From NCBI GenBank assembly GCA_004764695.1, contig SMSO01000032.1:6976483-7040482 (forward strand): a stretch of DNA of 64,000 bases, given 5' to 3'. The DNA comes from Schizochytrium sp. TIO01 (lineage: Eukaryota; Protista; Bigyra: Labyrinthulomycetes). Position numbers and translations under genes: made by a program. This document shows positions 54,401 through 64,000 of this stretch, in pieces; position 1 is the first letter of the stretch; each line of letters opens with the position of its first letter. The notes under the pieces are model-generated. The model ran no database searches, had not been told where the DNA came from, and was given only the letters and a program-made list of their open reading frames with translations.

Positions 54401-57400
54401 AGAAATGTGCGTTCTCAATCGTCAGGGTCCGTTTAATTCTCGGAGGAGCAGAGCACCGACAGTTTGATAGACAATTAGAAGCGCCGTTTCTAAAATAGTA
54501 CAATGGACACACATGCATGCATGCGTGCATGTATAGGTAGGTCATGGCGTTCTGGTTACGCTGTTTTAGGTGCGTCGACCATGAAATAAATGGATGTGGC
54601 AGAAATGCCCGAGGGATACTGCTTGTGCGCTGCAAGTAGCGAATGTAAATCACTCAGTAGGGATGACAAATCTTGCCATTTCTCATCTTCACAATCCATT
54701 CCTGAGTGTTTTGTTCTGCTATTACGATCTCACGTAACTCTGTCTGCGGCCATATAACTAAGAACTGTCAAGATCGCTCATGCATAAGTCTGAAGCCAAA
54801 CTTTGATTCAGAGAACTGCGATAACAGGATGAAAGAAATGCTCGTTTATAGTAAATCACTCGAGTCGAACACAGCTAGTTAGCTAGCTGTTTCAAGATAC
54901 CGCGCTTCCTGAGCAACTATTGAAATGGATGTGAATTCATTCTTTCTAGTGTGGCCTATTCTTAAAATTCAATTAGCAATCTCGAGAAAAATAATTGAAT
55001 GACTAAAACTGGAAACGATTTGCTTTTTTTTTTTTTTTTTTTTTTAGTCTTTTTTTTTTTTTCTATATTTTCAATTTTGCTCATGCGTGATTCAAAAAGA
55101 AAACCTTTCTTCAATAAACATTCTTATTCTGTCTCTTCTTTTTCTAAAGTGCATTTTGTTTTTCAATTCAACCTTTTCAATAGAGTCAGGAGTAAAAGAA
55201 AAAATGTACTTTCGATGGAAGCTTTAAATTAAAAAAAAAGTTAATCTCATGAAAATATGTAAATTAAATTAAATAAGAATGAGAGAATATCTATCTCTCT
55301 TTCCTGGCTTCTTTTCCCTTACACTCGAGAAAACGGCGCACGCCCAGCGCGCTAATTGAAGAAATGCAGGGCCGCCGCTGCTTACGATAGAGCCTTGCTT
55401 ACAGGGACGCATGCGCCGACTGAGGCGTTCACGGACCTGACCATGGAAACCACTGGTCTTGAGGTAAACACCTGAGGTCGCCGTGCAGGCAGAGGCAGGC
55501 AGGGAAGCAAGCGAGGAAGCAAGAAGCAAGTATGTCTGTACGTCTATATGTATTTATGGATGTATGTATGTCTGCATGCATATACTCATCGACAATTAAC
55601 AAAATTACTTTGTCTGTATTAGATGATCGCTATCTCCTCAGAGAAGGACTGAAGGAGAGGGGAGATCATTCATTACGAATGAAGCACCTTTCTACCTACT
55701 GTGGTGAGAATTGAGAACTAACTAACTAACTAACTAACTGCAGATTGAGGGATTAATAAGCGAAGGGAGGCAAAGGATCCTTGGCGAAGAAGTAACAGAT
55801 CGATCATGAACAGAGTTACTATCCAAAGCTTTATGCTCGGATCTTCGATATTCCAGGCGGGCGGTTTCTGCCCCAAAGCGAACGCTTGAGGCAAGAATGA
55901 ATGAATGAATGAATGAATGAATGAATGAATGAATGAATAAATAAATAAATAAATAAATAAATAACAAGCTGGCGAACACACCTCATAGAAACATCGCACC
56001 TGCTACAAAAAGAGAATCATAGCATTCAAGCTCAGCTTTGATGGCAGTAGATCAGGTGGCCGGGCCAATGGAAAATGTTCCTGGGTGTTGCAGCGAACCT
56101 CGAAGGAGTGATTCCCAGTCTTGAGCACAAACACTTTGTTTTAGTGAGTGGTTATCACCTCGTCGACCTCTACTACTGCTACTGCTGCTGCTGCTGCTGA
56201 TGATGTGACCTGAAAGACGCTATTAGCTACTAGTACTCCATTGTTCTCTCTGCTATACCACAATTGTAGAATTCTACTAGTTTACCATTGGTAATTATGT
56301 TGGAAGCGAGCACGCCAAGAATAAGAAGTAATGTATCTTTCTGAAGCAGCCCAAAGCTCAACCTTTGCACCAACAATTCTAGCTCATCAAAGCAGGCATC
56401 AATCATGAAGTACGATAATAACACCTGAGCAAGCTGCTGCTGCTGCATCGATAGATAGTAGCCACAAACCTCTTGGGCCAACCTGATTGGGATACAAAGG
56501 GAAAGAAATCATTGGTGGCCATGAGAGACAAAGGAAAACGCTGTAGTTTGCGTAAGTCTGCATTGCTTCCAGTGCACCTGTACCACCGCTTGCAAGCTGC
56601 TCTATCGTACTCGTTACATATCGTCCCCAAGTTCGCATGGTATGAAGTGCGTGCCAGTTTTGCTTCCGATGTATAAGCGGCCCGCCGCGTTTCTGTTTAA
56701 TGAATCGGAAGCAATGCGATGCTGCCATTTCGACTTACGAGCCAAGCACAACCATAGCTTAACTTCGATCCTAGAAATTTAGTCGAAACCTCTAAAGTTG
56801 AAGTTGTTCGACAGACTTTTCGATGACTCTAGATTGCCTGCTCCCATCAAAGTGTTCAACAACAACATCTATCTGGAGCTTCGTTTCTTACCTAAACTTA
56901 TAAAAGTAACGCACGCTCATCCTGCAAGTCAAACTCCAGCCCAGCTGGGGTTTATATCATCATGTGCGTTCATTCATCTGGGGAGGTTAGAGTGTATAAC
57001 GAAGCGGCCTGTAGAAGGTGAAGGCCGCATTCTTCAATGCTTGTGCTTGTGCACTAGGCTCTGCTCTATGCATTCCTAGAGGATAGATCATGCGGCTGTA
57101 GACCGATAACTCTACTTCACCTAATCTCTTCATTCAAGCTGTTACCCTCGTTAATTTCACGACAAGCCCGGACGCTTAGCAAGTGCACCAAGCTCTGGTT
57201 TATGTGTGCATCTTCGCGGAAAAAATCTTTTGCAAGAATGTAGGACACACCACTCGGTGACCTTTATCAACTTCGGTCCATCAGAGGGTTTACATACAAC
57301 ACGCCTTTTACTTTGACAGAGTTTATAAGCAAGGCTCTGCGGGTCCTCCAGCCCATGCTTCTGTATCCAGGTTCTGGCAGATCTCTCCTTCTTACACACT

Positions 57401-58171
57401 GCCCTTGCACACTATTTTCGAGCATTTAATGCGTGGCATTCGGAAAGAGGAGACCTCGATATGCTCAATTCAGCGTCTACGAACCAGTACGAGGAGGCAA
57501 TGCATTTTGCTTCCTGCTCGAGTGTCTAGCTTTCCACTTTTCACATCCTCGCCATCCATCTATCTATCCATCCATCCATCCATCCATCTATCCATCTATT
57601 CATTCATTCCTATTGCACAACACTCTGCACATGTGAGACGCCACACGTATGAAATGTGAAATTGGCCCTGCCTGTGTCATATAATTCTGTGCCTTCTGCT
57701 GCGGCTGATCAAATAAATTGCTTCGTCAAAGCATCTTATAACTACTATCGTACTAGGTTAGGTTATAGCTAGGTAAAACAAATGATTTAGAATAAAACTA
57801 AAATATCTTTCTCTGTTGATTTTTTCTTTAAACAAATCCATTATTAAAAGAATTAAAATAATATATTAGGGGTGCCACTTTTCTCTCTTCCTTCTGCGCT
57901 TTTCCACGTGCCTCTTTTCCCCTTGCTGCTGCTTTCTTCTGCTTACTTTTGGTAAAAACTAAGCTCAGGTTGGACTTCAGGCTCCACTCGCTGCGGCCGC
58001 AAAGAGTGGACATGGCTCACTTTTGGACAGTGTTCCAAGTTTCTGCGCCAACCATCATGATCGACGTACCAATTGGTATCAATCAATTAGTCATCAACGT
58101 GAAGACCGGGGAAGACAAGATGCAGAGAGCGAGCACAAATTGGCGTCGAAGCCGCACTTGCAAAGATGAGA

Positions 58172-58258
58172 TCTTCTTCTTTCCATTTAGTGTCATGATG
58201 AATTCATCTTTCCATTCAGTGTTATGATGAATTCATCTTTCCATTTAGTGTCATGATG
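58172..58258 (+). repeat. 29-bp minisatellite, 3 copies
   Basis: Unit (aattca)tctttccatt(t/c)agtgt(c/t)atgatg at 58172, 58201 and 58230. The first copy is degenerate at its 5' end. Confidence 0.9.
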
Positions 58259-61200
58259 CATTTCTTCATAAATGAGTGGCCTTACGAGCTTTCAATTCGC
58301 ACGAACGCAAGGTGCCATGGCTTGAAAGGTTGCCGAGATGTCCAAGACTAAGATAGTTAAGATGGAAGTCAATGAAGAAACCAAATGTAAGCAATTGCCA
58401 CTTGGCAAAGTTGGCAGTGGGAAGCAGAGCAGAGGCTGGGGCCATCCGTAGATCTAACTATAATCTCTTCGACCGGCACTTTCCAATTTTATGTTACAAT
58501 TGGGGTCGCAAAGAAAGATAGCTACCACTTCGCTCGACAATGGAATCGGATGTGTTGTCGATTCGAGGTTTAAGTGCTCCAGTCTCCCCTATGTATAAGG
58601 CTTATTCAGACGGGAGTTCCTTGAAAGCTAATTTACTATATTTTGAAGCATTTGTTGAAGCATTGAACGAGTGGCGCTTTTTACATATAACCTATCTTCA
58701 GGAATCACTCTGCAAGGAGAGGGAAATCTAACCTGGGAACCTGTCATCGCTATGATGCGTTTTGCCTCTGAAAATGAGTACCTAATGTGGCGATCTAAAG
58801 AGTGAATTATGTACGTAATGCCAATAGTTAGGCATTTTCCAGTAGTACGCACCTAGCATTCAAGCCGAGTTAAAACGAGTGCCTGACCTTAGCGGCAAGA
58901 TGGTTAGTCTTAGCATGTCGAAATTTTCGCGTGTCTTCGCCGTTCGGTCATACATTTGTAGCTGTATCCAGCCATCCTTTCAGAGGAATAGGGCTTGCTC
59001 TGCTCAAGAATGGAAACAAAAAAATGAGCGCGGTTTTGTTGGATGGCACTTGAGACCACGCTAAGACGAACTACAAACAGACTAAGAAGTAAGCAGATGG
59101 GGCTAAATTGAGGTCGAGCAATCGGGTCAGCTTGGGTTGCGAATTGGTGTAGTTTAAGACATCATCATTGTAAGCTTGACGATGAATTTAATTTCCTGTC
59201 GGGAGTATCCAAGTACCGCCTAGGCTAGGTACCATGCACATCCTCTGAAAGTCCTCCAGTGAGTTTGGCCAAGCTAGATTGATAAAACTGCACAGAGGTA
59301 GTCAATTTAATAGGTAGATCTTAGGCCCAGATTACTGATTGGAATCACACCCGAGATCATCAGTCTCGCCATCCATTCACCAACCAAAAAACCATAGGTA
59401 GAGATGGAAATCCAGGCTCATTCATTTGTGCGAATGTAGTTACAAGTTCCAGTTTCTTCGATAGGATCATTGATCTAGCAGCTTCAATGCGCCTTGGACG
59501 GCAATCAATTGAACAGTGCAAGTCGATTATGAAGGGCATCACCATCCCCTTTCAGAGCACCAAAAGTAAGCAAGCAAGCGAAGCAAACCTCGTCGCTCTT
59601 TTCTTCGGCCGCTCTTTCTGGTGAATCTGTGGCCATAGAAAGTGCGATGGCACACTGGGCAGCGAAAGTACTAACTAGCACCTACCTACCAGAAATTGAA
59701 AGTGACGAATTGCTTCTCTTCAAGTTGGGAGTACATGTTGGCTGCAGTGACTCTTCCTTGGGGAAGGCAAGTAGGTGAGAGGAGGGCAGGCCGTCGACGC
59801 TATTGTCGAGCTAAATTCAAAAATCTGCAGAAGCCTGGAGGTCTTCATTTGACACCTCGCATTCAATCTCGCTTTTGCGAAACTGATATGATAGCAATCG
59901 AGGACCCCACACTTCTTACCTATTACCAATCATAGCATAACTACTAGACATAGTACTAGGGGAGATTGCCCAGGCTTGGAGTAGTACTACGAAAATTTCA
60001 AGAAATCATCGTACTCTGCAGAAAGCAAACTTCTGTTCATACCTTGGAACTGGTCTGGCCAACCGTTTCAAGTACTGGTGTTGTCACTAAACTATTGCTG
60101 AATAGATTCGTCCGGGTTGAACGGGCTCCCTTTAGTGTGAGCAATTGCAATTGCCGCCGACCCGGTTGGTCGCACATTTCTTGTTTGCCACACTTCGAGT
60201 AATACTAGTGTGGTGGCTGCGAAGTCCTGGAGCCAAACATACGCCGTGCACGCGCTACAAGTCTCTCATCATAGATAGGCGTGTCTGCTACAAATCAATG
60301 ACTTTGTTTGTGCGTGCGCAATATATGTCACGATTGCAATCACTTCCTACCTGTCAGCCTACTCAAAGTTGCCGCGAGCTTGCAAGAATCGAGTCGTAGA
60401 AGTTAAAGATCTTATGACATGACCGAAAAGTGCCTAGTAGATTTTATCGCTATGTACCCAGGCTGTGGGAACGATTGAAACTCAATGTCATCATCATGCG
60501 ACTATTTGCATTCTTTTGCTACAATCTGTTATTCTCTGGGCAGAGAACCATATCATCAGCTCATACTCACTTAATTTCCCCAGCCTTGTAAATATCGGAT
60601 GCGAGAGAGACTGAGTACCTACCTTCTATGTCCTCGATCGAAAATCTTGAAAAGAAGTGGAACTCGAATGCTAGTAATGAGACGCAACATAGTGTGTATG
60701 TTCTTCCTGCAATAGTAGTTCGGCAGCCGCTTTCAAGCTATTTTATTTTACATTTATGTATTTGTTTCGAAACGACCCCAGGAACCAAGCCCCTTTGCTG
60801 CTATAATCAATCTACACCAACCAAGAAAAGAAAAAAATCATTCTTGATTCGAATAGACGCTTCTCGCCCAAGATGAATATGCATGCGCATGTACATAGAT
60901 AGTGTTAAAAAGTTTTACTTTTCTCTTCTGCTACCCTCTTTCTTCTTTTCTATTCTTTCGTAATGCTTTACCAGTCAACTACAAGGTTCCTCTTTTTCTT
61001 TTTCTTTTAAATTCTATTTAAAACTAAATGAACATACATTTTCAAACAAAGCTCTTGAAGTTTTAAAACTAAGTTATCTCCCTCCTCTCTGTAAATAGTT
61101 AGTTCTGTTCTTTCCTTTCCTTTTTTTTTTAATGAAATGCATCAAACATCATCTGCTCATCGAGAGATAATGCAATACCCCCAAAGCAGATTACCTGCCA

Positions 61201-61474
61201 AGGACGGTGCTGGCTTGCAAAGGTAAACGCGCTCCGAAAGGCCGAAGCGGTAGCACTTCATGGCTGTGCACACGTGCAGTGTATCTGATGAACCTCCCTC
61301 TCGAAGACTCGACAAAGGAGGAGGTCCTTGAACGAACAAACAAACAAATGTAGTCAATTCTCAGTTTGGACTTGAATGCACGAAATCGAGCGAGCCTTCA
61401 GAGCCATGGGTGGGTGAATAAATAAATGAATGAATGAATGAATGAATGAATCACTCAATCACTCAATAAATCAC

Positions 61475-61513
<39 letters not shown>

Positions 61514-61632
61514 TTCTTTGGCACATTCACCTAACGAATCAAAGGTGGTTTTGAAGAAGAAGAAGACAAGGAAGAAGAATCGAAGATGGAAAGATACAAA
61601 GGGTATCGGTGTCTCGACTCCCTCGAGCTCAC

Positions 61633-61698
61633 TGCTTCGAGAGGAGCTCAGTGCGTGCTTCGAGAGGAGCTCAGTGCGTGCTTCGAGAGAGCGCTCAG
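61633..61698 (+). repeat. 23-bp minisatellite, ~2.8 copies
   Basis: Unit tgcttcgagaggagctcagtgcg at 61633 and 61656, with a partial copy at 61679. Confidence 0.9.
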
Positions 61699-61913
61699 CT
61701 CAGGAGCTCCAGTCGTGGCCTTGCGACGAGAAGCTCCGCCTGTGCTTTTCCATCTTGTCTGCCTTTCGTCCATTCTGTCGAGGTCTACGCTTCGTCTGCG
61801 GGTTTCCAAATATAATGTCGTGAATGAATGAAGACTCAAGTCTAACCGTCTGGCAAAGCAAAACCAGCAAAAACAACGCGAACCCTTCAACGACAGCGCG
61901 AGCAACGGCGATA

Positions 61914-61961
<48 letters not shown>

Positions 61962-64000
61962 GAGCAAGCAAGCGCAAGCGATCGACCGATCGAGCAGGAG
62001 CTAAAGGTCCAACAGCGAGTGAGTGAGTTGTCGTTGCTGCGATCGTTGCGAAGGCCAAGAGCCTTGTATGTAATACAGCCAAGACTTTGGAAGCTGTCTT
62101 TTGGCCCGTCTACTCTTCGAGCGCTGCGAGATAAGCACACACTCCTTCTCACTCACTCGCTTCTCTTTCCTGGCTGAGCCCCGCCTCGGCAGAACGAACG
62201 ATCGAGCGAACGATTGAGGTCTTCCCAGTATTCACGCACTCACGCTAGCGGCCCTCCCTTCATTTTGATGGCTTATGGAGATAGGTACCTAAGATAGATA
62301 GGGATGCCCTGCCTTCTTCCTGCTCATTTCCTAACTATCTTCTCTTCTCTTCTTTTCTCTTCTGCTCTGTTTCGTTGATTCATTGATTCATTTGATTTTA
62401 ATTACATAAATTCATTCATTCATTTATTCATTCATTCCCGCATCCATCCACAGCAGTGAGAGTGGTCTTAAAGTCAATTCAGGAATCTTGCAGGTCTGTG
62501 GTGTTTGCTCAACTCGAATGCGTACGAGGGCTCAGAGCACCAGCCGAAGCAGCTTCAAAGTCAAGAGGTGCTTGCTTTGCTCTTCTCTGCTTCCGCCACT
62601 ACTTTGGTAGGTGCCGTTAACGCTGCACTTCCTCAGCAGATATTCCAAGAGCAGCTTCGAAGGTTACTTACTTACTACTCTTATCTCAGCGCCAACTAAA
62701 CCGCGGTGTTCTAGCCCAGTAAGTAGAGTACTAATGCCCTCAGAATCTAGAAATAAGGCTCTCAAACTTCATGAGGTAGTTTTGTTTTCTTGAGCGCAAT
62801 TCGGGTAATTGCTGCTGCTGCTGCTGCTGCTGTTGTTGTTGTTCATGTTGACGACAATCAATACTCGGAGAATCTTTTTCCTTTCGATTTTTAATCATTC
62901 TGAAAATGAGCACTTTAGGGCAGGCATAAACAACAAAGAAACAAACAAACTGACTTAAATAAATAATAAACAAATAATAAACAAATAAACAAACAGCCAA
63001 GTGGACGCGCTGGCTTCTGCTCTTGGTAATTAAATTAATATTGGTGCCACGCATCGCTCTTTAAGGGTTGGTCACCTGAAATCGTCACTGGTGGCTCGTT
63101 TATCGCGGCGCCAAAGAAGTATGGCGCAGCGCCGCCAAAACAACCCAACTCCGCTGCTGCCTCATACTGCTTGTCTCTGTGTCTGTCTGTCTGTCTGACT
63201 GACTGACTGCATTGGAACGCGACAGCAAACTCGTCTGGACTTATGTTGGTTGTTTCGATGATTTAAGCCGTCTCCATTGGTGTCCTATTGGGATCGATCA
63301 CCGCTGCAATAACTCCAAAAAGCTGCCGAAGGTCTTTGCTGTCAAGATGAAGTTGAGTCATGGAGTGAGTGAGTGGGCGTGTTGAACAACAAGTGAAGAT
63401 CCTTGATCAAGGCGGGTATGCTACCAACACGGGGGGCGTTCAGACATGCGGGCTTTGGTGACTCCGGCATCACGAGCTCGAAAGCGTCTGCCCGTAACTT
63501 TTAGGAAGCAGTGCCAGGCTGCTTCTATATCTTTATTTATCTATTGATCAACCTATTAAGTAGATATTTATCTCCCATTCGCAAGGCCTCTTCCACTTTG
63601 CATCATTTTGCTTCATTGGGGCCGCCTGTTTTTTCTTTTTCTCTTCTCTCTTCTGTTGTCGAGGAGCGATCTTTCAGCTTTACAAACATCTTGGAGAAGA
63701 AATTTTCAAAGATGTTTAATTGCTCTGACTGTTATTTCCTGTTGTTTTTTTGTTGTTTTTCAGTTCAAACAATTTGTTTGCAGAAAAACAATTATTCTCC
63801 GTCAGGTTCTCTCTCCTGCTTCAGACTATTGTTCTTCAAAAATTTTATTTTTTTAAAGCATTCACGACGTCAAACTTATTTTATAGATTGAAAAACAACA
63901 ATCTTGAAATTTGAACCAGACGTTTTATTGGTGCTCTTTAAAACATAACCATTTCGTGTTAAAATAAATAAACAAGAAAGAAAAGAAAGTTAGACCAAAA

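Larger units (their letters stand above)
40270..63210. repeat. Dense field of tri- and tetranucleotide microsatellites in a non-coding region
   Basis: Examples: (CAA)n ~40276-40299; (GAAA)n ~42886-42924; (TCAA)n ~43507-43540; (TCAG)n ~45245-45275; (CATA)n ~45904-45934; (ATGA)n ~46119-46165; (ATGA)n/(ATAA)n ~55896-55963; (TGAA)/(TCAA) ~61424-61510; (AAGC)n ~61914-61978; (CTG)/(TTG) ~62809-62842. Confidence 0.9.

Noticed and set aside
56891-57277. Same heptapeptide PKLIKVT in two opposite-strand short ORFs (56798-57079 + and 57157-57399 -)
   Set aside because: No similarity beyond seven residues and no nucleotide inverted repeat, so most likely chance.
58172-58258. 29-bp repeats as a CRISPR array or C/D snoRNA cluster (contains ATGATGA)
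   Set aside because: The copies are directly adjacent with no spacers, the context is eukaryotic, and there is no matching D box or terminal stem.
40170-63891. Short ORFs in the distal 24 kb (e.g. 42603-43106, 52070-52528, 61648-62152)
   Set aside because: Mostly non-ATG starts, translations of microsatellites (FIHS, QASK, LACL runs), and no codon bias or domains.

Overview
Eukaryotic, intron-poor, microsatellite-rich DNA. It looks like a protist, and the style suggests a thraustochytrid/labyrinthulomycete stramenopile, but that is inference only. The first 40 kb carry seven credible CDSs: a possible BAR-like coiled-coil protein; a 3,947-aa giant P-loop/AAA+-like protein (minus strand); a ~4,130-aa RNF213/mysterin-like AAA+/RZ-finger E3 ligase (plus strand); a papain-family (cathepsin L-like) protease; a BRCT protein; GPI-transamidase subunit GAA1/GPAA1; and a 3R-MYB transcription factor. 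The last ~24 kb, upstream of the MYB gene, has no credible ORF and is packed with simple repeats. The best candidate for an undescribed system is the head-to-head pair of giant single-ORF ATPases sharing a ~2.5-kb divergent region that contains direct repeats. One partner is an RNF213-like ligase with no visible RING, a variant RZ finger and a SAM-like insertion in its AAA ring. The other is an unrecognised protein that, by manual alignment, is an ancient internal duplication (offset ~2,200 aa) with four AAA+-like modules, only the last retaining Walker A/B. The layout is reminiscent of paired sensor/executor innate-immune genes. Comparisons to human RNF213 motifs are from memory and need confirming by alignment.
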